From Octopus sinensis (Eukaryota): a stretch of 64,000 nt of DNA. Position numbers and translations under genes: made by a program. Below the pieces are notes generated by a model. The model was given only the letters and a program-made list of their open reading frames with translations. It was not told the DNA's origin and ran no database searches. The stretch is from contig NC_043014.1 of the NCBI RefSeq assembly GCF_006345805.1, positions 30,008,001 through 30,072,000 of the forward strand. Reading direction: 5' to 3'. Of this stretch, positions 25,841 to 35,907 are shown in pieces (positions within the stretch are counted from its first letter, which is position 1; each line of letters starts with the position of its first letter).

Positions 25841-26558
25841 AAAAATTTTTTTTTAAAAAGTACTTTTTATTGTTTAACACAAAATGTTATTGCTACCTAC
25901 ATAAAGTGTAACATCAGCAAATATAGTATAAGACATCAGAGCTGTTTTTGCATTTTCTTCTCTCACAAATATAAAGCATTTATTCAAGCCAGTCATAAAG
26001 TAAGCAAATACAAAGTTCCATAAAGATTATACATACCTCAGCGGTGGTGCCCCAGCATGGCCGCGGCCTTCGGGCTAAAACATTTTAAAGGATTTTAAGG
26101 ATTTATACCATCAGGGCCAGCCTTAAGCCGAATGGACCAATTGCTCCCAATCGGGCCCCACGCTGAAGGGGCTCCGCGCTCAAGAGGGCCACATTCTATA
26201 CACCGACATTTCATAAAGGCGGTCTCCCTGGAGTCTTTTACAAAAATCTATATGGTCTTTCAAAAAAAAAAAAATGGAAAAAGAAAAAGAACCATACTTT
26301 CTACACTTTAGCAACACAAGATACCCAAAATTGTTTGGGTCAGCCACCGAATTTGAAGAAATTTATTGTGCTTTCAAGGGTTATGTAACATATTTTTACT
26401 GTAAGGGTTTGGGGATGTTTGGGTAAAATATTTGTGTGCCTATGAGGGTATGTGAGTGAATTATATGTATATATGTGTGCGTATGTTTGTGTGTGTCAGT
26501 TTCTATAAATATGTTTAATTTTGGGGAAACTTATTTACTTATTTATTTCAATAAAGTG

Positions 26559-26595
<37 letters not shown>

Positions 26596-26638
26596 CATGT
26601 ATGTAGTATGTATGTATGTAAATATGTATGTATGTATG

Positions 26639-26672
<34 letters not shown>

Positions 26673-26960
26673 TGTATGTAGTATGTATGTATGTATGTAT
26701 GTATGTATGTATGTACGTATTTATGTATGTATGTAGGTATATATATATGTATGTATTATTAAAGAAAGCAAAAAATTTATAAAATGATAAAAGGAAAAGG
26801 CTAAATGGATGTGTATGTGTAAAAAATTTCGGTACTCAGTATTTTGGCTACAATGATTAAAGGTTAAAAGTTCAGTTATTTTTGATACTGGTTTGGTCGA
26901 GGTTTTTGTATTTATGTGTATTATTGTATGTATATGTATTTTTATTTTGTGGGGAATTAG

Positions 26961-27358
26961 TCTTTTACTCTTTTACTTGTTTCAGTCATTTGACTTCAGC
27001 CATGCTGGAGAACCACCTTTAATAGAGCAAATCAACCCCAGGGCTTATTCTGTGTAAGCCTAGTACTTATTCTATCGGTCTCTTTTGCCGAACTGCTAAA
27101 TTACGGGGACCAGAATTGGTTGTCAAGCAATGTTTGGGGGACAAACACAGACACAAAAACATACACATATACATATATATACATATGCATATACACAATG
27201 GGCTTCTTTCAGTTTCCATCTACCGAATTCACTCACAAGGCTTTGGTTGGCCCGAGGCTATAGTAGAAGGCACTTGCCCAAGGTGCTACACAGTGGAACT
27301 GAACCCGGAACCATGTGGTTGGTAAGCAAGCTACTTACCACACAGCCACTCCTGCACC
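26961..27358 (-). mobile_element. SINE family A, full length
   Basis: Reverse complement of the consensus. Confidence 0.9.
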
Positions 27359-27677
27359 TATTGTATACATACGCACAAGCATGCACATATGTGTTTGTGT
27401 GTATAGTGAGAGAAGGAAAGATGAGGATGATGCGATAAAATTTCTTTTCTCTTTGCGGCATTTAAGGAGATCAGAATAGTGGCTGTTTCTTATGTCTAAT
27501 AACTGGTATTTCTAATATACTAAACAACCATATTGAGAACCAGCTACCTTTGAGTTTATTTAGAAGAGAGAGAAAATGCTTTACACCACAAATTCTGATG
27601 TAATCGTAATTGACACCATCTGAGACATGGATGTAGAAACTTTTAATTAACAAATTACCAATGTTTCAGAAAGTTAC

Positions 27678-27711
<34 letters not shown>

Positions 27712-27761
27712 TACACACACACAGATATATATATATATATATAATATATATATATATATAT

Positions 27762-27809
<48 letters not shown>

Positions 27810-27811
27810 GT

Positions 27812-28105
27812 GTGGAGGCGCAATGGCCTAGTGGTTAGGGCAGCGGACTTGCGGTCACGGTTTCGATTCCCAGACAGAGCGTTGTGAGTGTTTATTGAGC
27901 GAAAACACCTAAAAGCTCCACGATGCAGGGGGTGGTGATCCCTGCTGTACTCTTTCACCACTCTTTCTCCAACTCTTTCTTCTGTTGGCCTGCTCGCTTA
28001 GCCAGCGGGGTGGCGTCATTCGAAGGCTAAAACAATGCGAAGCGCATTGTGACCAGCGATGTGTAACAACATCTGATGGTCTGGCTGGTCACATGATCGA
28101 CGTGA
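27812..28105 (+). mobile_element. tRNA-derived SINE sharing its head with the 7354 SINE but with a different tail
   Basis: gtggaggcgcaatggcctagtggttagggcag...gcgaaaacacctaaaagctccac, then an unrelated 3' half (ccagcggggtggcgtcattcgaagg). Sits in (TA)n. Confidence 0.8.
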
Positions 28106-28133
28106 TATATATATATATATATATATATGTATA

Positions 28134-28395
28134 TCATCATCATCTTTTAACGTCCATTTTCTGTGCTGGCATGGGTTGGACGGTTTGACAGGGGCCAACA
28201 AGCCAGGGGCTACATCTAGCACCCATCTGGTTTGGTATGGTCTTGTAGCTGGATGCCCTTCCTCGTGCCACCACTTAGCATAGACTGAGTGTTTTTCCAT
28301 GGCACCACACAGGAGCATGGTTTTAAAGTCCTTCCTAACGCCACTACTTTGCAGTGTGGACTGAGTGCTTTTACGTGGCACTACACGGTAGCATA
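28134..28395 (-). mobile_element. RTE-family 3' tail
   Basis: catcatcat...ttaacgtccattttctgtgctggcatgggttggacgg. Confidence 0.8.
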
Positions 28396-28856
28396 GTTTC
28401 AATGGCTAGATACCTTGGAGCAAGTTGACTGGGAATCTGGGGCCCACCTAAATTGTTCCCAATTGGGCCCCACACCTCCAAAGGCAGGCCCTGAACACCA
28501 TGAAGTTCTTTCCACAGTTTTTAGATAACACTTGACAAAAAGTAACCTTGACCCATGTGACTTCACAATTAAAACATTAATCAAAATACCAATTTTCATA
28601 AGAAATAGTTAAAAATCTAACAAAATATGTCTCTTCTGGTTTGCAATAATAGCCACAGTATAGGCCTACTCACTGACAAATTCCACTATTATGAGATATG
28701 TATGATATCAAGGATCACAGAAGTGTGTTGTTTTTTAACATGTAATTGTATAAAGGACATTTAAAACTTGTTAGGTTGAAAATATTGAAAGTTACTCAAG
28801 TAACTTTTTATTTACTAAAGATACTTAAATCATGACTTTTGATTTCACCTTTGTAG

Positions 28857-28992
28857 TTGCATTTACTTTAAATAATATTGAAAGACTATATTTCAATATT
28901 ATGTCAAGCTCCATACATAGATCTGCATTTGATGAAGTCAAATCTATCCTTAGAAATGGTGACAATACTGGAAACATTGCAAAATGGAACAT
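28857..28992 (+). CDS. candidate host exon (V)AFTLNNIERLYFNIMSSSIHRSAFDEVKSILRNGDNTGNIAKWN, phase 1-2
   Basis: Acceptor tttgatttcacctttgtag and donor AT|GTGAGT. 136 nt with a single open frame in non-repetitive DNA. Protein not recognised. Confidence 0.45.
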
Positions 28993-29057
28993 GTGAGTCT
29001 GTGAAAAATCTGGGCATGACAGGGCAAAATGGATTTCATTTTGAAGTCAGCCCTACA

Positions 29058-29473
29058 CTCTCTTTACTCTTTTACTCTTTTACTTGTTTCAGTCATTTGA
29101 CTGTGGCCATGCTGGAGCACCGCCTTTAATCGAACAACTCGACCCTGGGACTTATTCTTTGTGAGCCCAGTACTTATTCTATTGGTCTCTTTTGCCGAAC
29201 TGCTAAGTGACGGGGACATAAACACACCAGCATCGGTTGTCAAGCAATGCTAGGGGGACAAACATAGACACACAAACATGCACACACACATATATATATA
29301 TACATATATACGACAGGCTTCTTTCAGTTTCCTTCTACCAAATCCACTCACAAGGCTTTGGTCGGCCCGAGGCTATAGTAGAAGACACTTGCCCAAGATG
29401 CCACGCAGTGGGACTGAACCCTGAACCATGTGGTTGGTAAACAAGCTACTTACCACACAGCCACTCCTGCACC
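29058..29473 (-). mobile_element. SINE family A, full length
   Basis: Reverse complement of the consensus. Confidence 0.9.
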
Positions 29474-29792
29474 CTTCCAAATTACTAGGAAACATGTTTC
29501 CAACACCAGACAACAAAAATCATTCCCCAGTGTAATCGATGCACACATTTTTTTGATCTGTGTGGTATGTAAGAAGTTTGCTATTATTGGATTGGCTTCC
29601 AGCCATGACCATCTCATTTTAATTTCTGGGCATTGATACCAGTAATTTTTGTTTGAAAGTAACTTGGATGGTATTGGGGATAGATAGAATAATTGCATCA
29701 AAGCTTCCTTGTTGGTTCAGGTTTACTTGGTAGCATGTATAATATAATTCATGCAGTAAATTGATGCTGTTTCCTACACTAGACATACATAC

Positions 29793-29850
<58 letters not shown>

Positions 29851-29948
29851 AATCCCAAAAAGAAGAACAACAAACACAAGAAAACAACAACGTGAAGATG
29901 TGGTACATGTAAAGTATTAGCAGATACTCAGGGAAGGAAAGAAAGATG

Positions 29949-29983
29949 GTTTAACGTTTCGAGCAACGCTTTTCTTCAGAAAC
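29949..29983 (-). ncRNA. minimal type I hammerhead-like motif in a Penelope-type terminal fragment (about 29850-30050)
   Basis: Minus strand GTTT-CTGAAGA-A-AAGC-GTT-GCTC-GAAACGT-T-AAAC: canonical core, helix I gttt/aaac, palindromic ACGT helix III. Confidence 0.55.
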
Positions 29984-30232
29984 AGAGGAAAGTCCAATAG
30001 AAAGGAAGAAAATCACCAACGATTCACATGTGGCTACATTTTGAAATGACCACATGAGACAGTCATGCAAGCAGGAAAAACAGAACTCAGAATATAAATA
30101 TCTATATTTTTATTAATATTTAACAGAAGCAATACCATCACAGTCATTACTGTGATGTGTGGTTGAGCACCCCACCACTTATTCTGGGATATGTGGATCA
30201 TCAACCCTCCTTGTTCATCATCTGCTCCTTAA

Positions 30233-30452
30233 CCCTTTAGCATTTAATCTGGCCATATATGGCCCAAATATTCTACATGTTTTATGTTCATAATAGCAAG
30301 AACTGGCTGCTCACATCTCCCCTACAATATCATTCCAAAAACTGATGATCACATCATTGAAATCTCAAAGCTACAACATAACACAGAATGAATTCAAAAT
30401 GATGTGAATAAATTAACATTAGATTTAATAAAGTAACCTGGATGCTAAAAGG
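30233..30452. mobile_element. piggyBac-type MITE
   Basis: TTAA on both sides; TIRs ccctttagcat / atgctaaaagg. Confidence 0.82.
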
Positions 30453-30650
30453 TTAATCCTTCCTACACCATGTTTCCTTTTCTTTCTTATTTTTCTTCTT
30501 TCCTGTTTCTTTCTAACGAAATAAGAATTTTTCAAGTTCAACATCAAGTTGCATTTCTGTCCCTCCTCATTACTTCTACCACTACTGTAATGGCCTCTAC
30601 TTCCTTTCACTTGTTAATTTTATGCTTTTATCATCTTTTATTGCCTTTTT

Positions 30651-30787
30651 AGATACGGGTGTAGTAAGAAGCTTACTTCTCAGCCACATGGTTCCAGGTT
30701 CAGTCACACTGTATGGCTCCTTGGGCAAGAGTCTTCTGCTATAGCTTTGTGAGTAGATTTGGTAGACAGAAACTGAAAGAAGCCCAT
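30651..30787 (+). mobile_element. SINE family A, 5' half
   Basis: gtagtaagaagcttacttctcagccacatggttccaggttcagtc...gaaactgaaagaagccc, running into (TA)n. Confidence 0.8.
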
Positions 30788-30789
30788 CA

Positions 30790-30864
<75 letters not shown>

Positions 30865-30907
30865 CATAGCCACTTTAACATGGCTGTCAGTTCGAACAGA
30901 CCCTACT

Positions 30908-31298
30908 ACTCTCTCTTTTACTCTTTTACTTGTTTCAGTCATTTGACTGCGGCCATGCTGGAGCACCGCCTTTAGTCGAGCAAATCGACCCCGGGGCTTA
31001 TTCTTTGTAAGCCCAGTACTTATTCTATCGGTCTCTTTTTGCCGATCTGCTAAGTGACGGGGATGTAAACACACCAGCATCAGTTGTCAAGCAATGCTAG
31101 AGGGACAAACACAGACACACAAACACATACATATATATATATATACGACGGGCTTCTTTCAGTTTCCATCTACCAAATCCACTCACATGGCTTTGGTCGG
31201 CCCGGGGTTATAGCAGAAGACACTTGCCCAAGATGCCATGCAGTGGGAATGAACCCGGAACCATGTGGTTGGTAAACAAGCTACTTACCACACAGCCA
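30908..31298 (-). mobile_element. SINE family A flanked by a 50-bp direct repeat
   Basis: Full reverse-complement copy. Flanks 30858-30907 and 31299-31348 are 48/50 identical. Confidence 0.9.
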
Positions 31299-31502
31299 TA
31301 ATATTCATAGCCACTTTAACATGGCTGTCAGTTTGAACAGACTCTACTGTGATTTTTTAACCCCAAGAGGACATCTCATTTAGCTGGTTAACAACACAGA
31401 GCTGCATCGTTAACCAGCTAGAGGAGATGTCCTCTTGGGGTTAAAAAATTGCAGTAGAGCCTGTTTGAACAGACAGCCATGTTAAAGTGGCTACAAATAT
31501 TA
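31299..31502. mobile_element. hairpin MITE with ~94-bp imperfect inverted arms
   Basis: taatattcatagccactttaacatggctgtc...ctggttaac / gttaaccagc...gacagccatgttaaagtggctacaaatatta. Confidence 0.85.
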
Positions 31503-31818
31503 CTTGTCAGTACAACTACTGCATTGATCTCTTAGAGAGATTTTTAGAACCAGCATTTTTGCTTGTTATATATATATATATATATAGATATATGTATATA
31601 TTTATGTGTGTGTGTGTCTGTGTTTGTTCCCCTGACATCATAAACAAAAATACCCCCACAAACTTGGAGGAGGTTCAGTTAAATTACATTGACTCCAGAA
31701 GAATAAAAGGCAAAGTTGACTTTAGTGACATCTGAACACCAAATTAAACAGTTAACCCTTCTGCATTCAGACTACTCTGTCAAATATAAAGCTTATTTAT
31801 TCACATTCATTTTGATTT

Positions 31819-31990
31819 TTGGTGTGTTTATGACCTCTTAACTAAGCGGTTCCTCAAAAGAGACCAATAGAAGAAGTACTAAGTTTACAAAGTATAAGTC
31901 TTGGGGTCGATTTGTTTGACTAAAACCCTTCAAGACAGTGCTCCAGCATGGCTGCAGTCATATGAATGAAACAAGTAAAAGAATAAAAGA
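31819..31990 (+). mobile_element. SINE family A, 3' half
   Basis: agaccaatagaagaagtact...ctccagcatggctgcagtc...aaacaagtaaaagaataaaaga. Confidence 0.8.
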
Positions 31991-32294
31991 ATGAAAAATC
32001 ACCACCAGCTCAACCACAAATATCCCTACCATGACCCCCACAACCACCACTATGATGATGATGGTGATGATGTCCATGATGATGATGATGATTATCACCA
32101 TCATCATCATGATCATCACAACCACCACCATCACCTTTACAATACAAGTGTTACCACTACCAACACTACCATAACCACCAAACCAACCCTAACTTCCTCA
32201 TTTCTATGTTCTTTCTCCATCTTTCTGCATTTTCCCTACCATTCACTGTCTCTTCTCCTCTTTATCACTTCCTCACTTTCTTTAATCAGTTATA

Positions 32295-32480
32295 CTTCAC
32301 TTGTTTCAGTCATTGGACTGTGGCCATACTGGAGCATCATCTTGAAGGGATCAGTTGAACAGACCAAACCCAGTACATGTTTTTGTTTTTCCTAAAGTTT
32401 GGTACTTATTCTATTGGACTCTTTTGCTGAACAGCTAAGTTATGGGGATGTAAACAAACCAATACATGTTGTCAAATGGT
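32295..32480 (-). mobile_element. SINE family A, 3' half
   Basis: cttgtttcagtcattggactgtggccatactggagca...ggtacttattctattgg. Confidence 0.75.
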
Positions 32481-32629
32481 GGTGGAGAACCTTTCCCCAC
32501 CTCTTTCTCTCTTTTACTTTTCCACTTCCTCTCACCACCCCTCTTACATTTCTTTTCGCATCTTCTACCTCACCTAACACTCTTACTTTCCCTCTCTCTT
32601 ATTCTACCCCTTATCTTATTTCTTTATTG

Positions 32630-32847
32630 CCCACAAGGGGCTAAACATAGAAGGGATCAACAAGGACAGACAAATGGATTAAGTTGATTACATCAACCCC
32701 AGTGCATAACTGGTACTTAATTTATCTACCCTGAAAGGATGAAAGACAAAGTCGACCTCGGTGGAATTTGAACTCAGAACGTAACCACAGACGAAATACC
32801 ACTAAGCATTTCACCCGGCGTGCTAACATTTCAGCCAACTCGCTGCC
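32630..32847 (-). mobile_element. tRNA-derived SINE with Nin/Deu-like central domain
   Basis: Minus strand ggcagcgagttggctgaaatgttagcacgccggg...gagttcaaattcc...gtcgactttgtctttcatcctttcagggtagataaattaagtacc; the last part resembles the Nin/Deu domain. Confidence 0.75.
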
Positions 32848-33006
32848 TTTTCTACCCCTTATCTGCTTTGGCTCCTGGCCTTGCCAGTTCCTATCAAGTC
32901 ATCCAACCCATGCCAGCATGGAAAACGAACTTTAAATGTTGATGATGATGATGATGATGGTGGCCTCTCCTTCTACACCCAATCTCCTACCACTCCCATT
33001 ACGCAC

Positions 33007-33156
33007 ACTTATTGTCTGCTCAATCAATTTCTTGAAAACAAACTGATAAAAGGCAAGAATGTTGGCTTTTACAAATTCTTTAAATTTAACCAAACTTTTC
33101 AGGTGGCTGGAAGCCAACTTTTCACGTTTGAAAACATCATTCTCATTAAAACCAGG
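33007..33156 (-). CDS. candidate 150-nt exon PGFNENDVFKREKLASSHLKSLVKFKEFVKANILAFYQFVFKKLIEQTIS, phase 0-0
   Basis: Branch-like ctaac plus acceptor cctttgctttcag, donor |GTGCGT, exactly 50 open codons in unique DNA. Protein not recognised. Confidence 0.33.
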
Positions 33157-33199
33157 CTGAAAGCAAAGGTAGCTTTTATTCAGTTAGAAATCTCCAATA

Positions 33200-33520
33200 C
33201 AACTACTGCCACCACTGCTGCTGCTGCCACTGCTGCTGCCACTGCTGCTGCCACTGCTGCTGCCACTGCTGCTGCTGCCACTGCCACTGCCACTGCTGCT
33301 GCTGCTGCTGCCACTGCCATTACTGCTGCTGCCACTGCCACTGCTGCTGCCACTGCCACTGCTGCTGCCACTGCCACTGCTGCTGCCACTGCCACTGCTG
33401 CTACTGCTGCTGCCACTGCTATTATCAACATTAACATCATTACCTCTACCATCACAACTATCACAAACATCTGGCTGATTATCATCATCACTATTACTGC
33501 CCCCACAACCCCATCATCAT

Positions 33521-33569
<49 letters not shown>

Positions 33570-33684
33570 GGCAGCAACAGTTTTGTTACTACTTCAGCTG
33601 TTATTGTTGCAATGACTAATAAATAATATGAAGAATGATGTTGTTATTGAATTTAAATAAACTACTACTACTACTACCACCACC

Positions 33685-33722
<38 letters not shown>

Positions 33723-33725
33723 AGC
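33200..33725. repeat. compound trinucleotide tract (GCT/GCC/ACT, then CAT, CAG, CTA)
   Basis: actgctgctgcc(actgcc) units. The tract produces the spurious 244-aa Ala/Thr ORF. Confidence 0.9.
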
Positions 33726-34020
33726 TGAAGTAATAACAAAATTAGCAGCAATAATAGCAAGAGCAAGAACAGTGACAGCAAGTGAATAACATCTAAGTTT
33801 GAGCCAATGAGAGAATCTTTATGTGGTCATAGAAACAATAGCCAAATCTCATCATATCACTTGCAGACCATAGAAAAGGATACACTGGATTCTCTACATA
33901 TAAGTTAAAAATGAGATGTTCACAGAATGATTTTCATCATAGGTTTGCTCCAGTCAGGGCTGACCTAGGGCATGGCAACAGCTGCAATGATTTTTCTGCA
34001 TATTCTTGCTCCTTTTCTAA

Positions 34021-34428
34021 CAGGAGTGGTTGTGTGGTAAGTAGCTTGTTTACAAACCACATGGTTCCGGGTTCAGTCCCACTGCGTGGCACCTTGGGCA
34101 AGTGTCTTCTACTATAGCCTCGGGCCGACCAATGCCTTGTGAGTGGATTTGGTAGATGGAAACTGAAAGAAGCCCGTCGTATATTTGTATATGTATATAT
34201 GTGTGTGTATACGTATGTGTGTCTGTGCTTGTCCCCCTAACATCGCTTGACAACCGATACTGGTGTGTTTATGTCCCCGTTACTTAGCGGTTTGGCAAAA
34301 GGGACTGATAGAATAAGTACTGGGCTTACAAAAGAATAAGTCCTGGGGTCGAGTTGCTCGATTAAAGGCGGTGCTCCAGCATGGCCGCAGTCAAAAATGA
34401 CTGAAACAAGTAAAAGAGTAAAGAGAGT
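34021..34428 (+). mobile_element. SINE family A, full length
   Basis: Matches the consensus head, core and tail. Confidence 0.92.
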
Positions 34429-35099
34429 ATAGGATAAGGATATTTAGTTTTTAGTTTTAGCTAGTCAAGTTACCAAGTTATCATATAACAACTTCCTCCA
34501 TCACATAAACATACCACTTTTCTACTCTAGGTACAAGGCCTGAGATTTTGGGGAGGGAGCCAGAATAACAACAACAAACAACAGCAACAACAGCAGCAAC
34601 TGCATGACTGGAAGTAAAAGATGAGAAGAGTTGTGAGGGACTGGAAAGCAATCAATGAATGAAGAAAACTGCTTTTGTAGCAACACTCTTAAAACCCATG
34701 GTGACCCATAAAAGAAAGCATGAGGCACATTCTTGTGCATTTACTTGGCATGCAAGCCTACATTACAATAACCAAGTTCATGTTACCATGTCGTAGGTTA
34801 CTATGCAAGTCCCTTACAACATGTCTAACTCTTATAAATAGAGCGACAGCATGCACTCCTGATGGCTATTAATTTTGAAAAAAGAGATAAATGATTGTAA
34901 AAAGTTCATAGGCACAGGAGTGGCTGTGTGGTAAGTAGCTTGCTTACCAACCGCATGGTTCCGGGTTGAGTCCCACTATATGGCACCTTGGGCAAGTGTC
35001 TTCTACTATAGCCTCGGGCCGACCAAAACCTTGTGAGTGGATTTGGAAGACGGAAACTGAAAGAAGCCCGTCGTATATATGTATATATATATATATATA

Positions 35100-35265
35100 G
35101 GGAGAGTTCACGAAAAAACAAAAGACAAAGACAGGTGGTGTATAAAACAAACAGGAATTGAAAAAGTATTTTATGTTTCGAGCCTACGCTCTTCTACAGA
35201 AAGGGACACAGAAAAAAACAAGGAGAGTAAAAAAATTTGTGTAGTGGCTACTGATTTATCATGCA
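35100..35265 (-). mobile_element. Penelope-type terminal repeat with hammerhead-like motif at 35168-35203
   Basis: Minus strand ctttCTGTAGAagagcgtaggctcGAAAcataaaat; same family as 50230-50443 and 16520-16602. Confidence 0.65.
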
Positions 35266-35509
35266 TACATACATGTATGTATGTATGCATATATATATAT
35301 ATATATACGTATATATATATATATATAATATGTTCTCTTACTTTATTATTATTATCATCTTATAATCATCTCATAATAATGACTTTTATGACTCGTATTA
35401 CTACCTCAGTCAATCTAAATGTATATATTTGTCACTACCTGTCATACTGTCATAAATAGCCTTTTCTATCTGCAATATGCATTTTCGTTAATTTTTCATA
35501 TTTTACCCC

Positions 35510-35560
<51 letters not shown>

Positions 35561-35565
35561 CGTAG

Positions 35566-35634
<69 letters not shown>

Positions 35635-35830
35635 GGAGGACTTAAACGACATGCAAAGGTACATGAAGCCCAGTTACAACTACACCCAGCTATTACCAGT
35701 AAAGGTTTTAGTTGCCAATTCTGTACAAGACATTGTAGATCTTTAGCTGGGCTAAAAAGTCACATTCGATCATAGCACCAGTAACAGTTAAGCTTCGTGC
35801 AATGGCCATACTCGATAACGAGGAGGCAGC
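35635..35830 (+). mobile_element. RTE (BovB-like) 3' end with C2H2 finger
   Basis: GGLKRHAKVH...FSCQFCTRHCRSLAGLKSHIRS, then ggccatactcgataacgaggaggcagccataataata tail. Confidence 0.8.
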
Positions 35831-35833
35831 CAT

Positions 35834-35907
<74 letters not shown>

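Larger units (their letters stand above)
26112..28493. mobile_element. hAT-like non-autonomous element carrying nested SINE/RTE insertions
   Basis: TIRs cagggccagcctt / aaggcaggccctg (12/13 match). Flanks tataccat / aacaccat (6/8, possible decayed 8-bp TSD). gggcccc subterminal motifs at both ends. Confidence 0.6.

Noticed and set aside
32881-33615. 244-aa ORF, the longest in the track
   Set aside because: It runs through an RTE tail, the antisense of a candidate exon and trinucleotide repeats; the frame is open only because the repeats lack stops.
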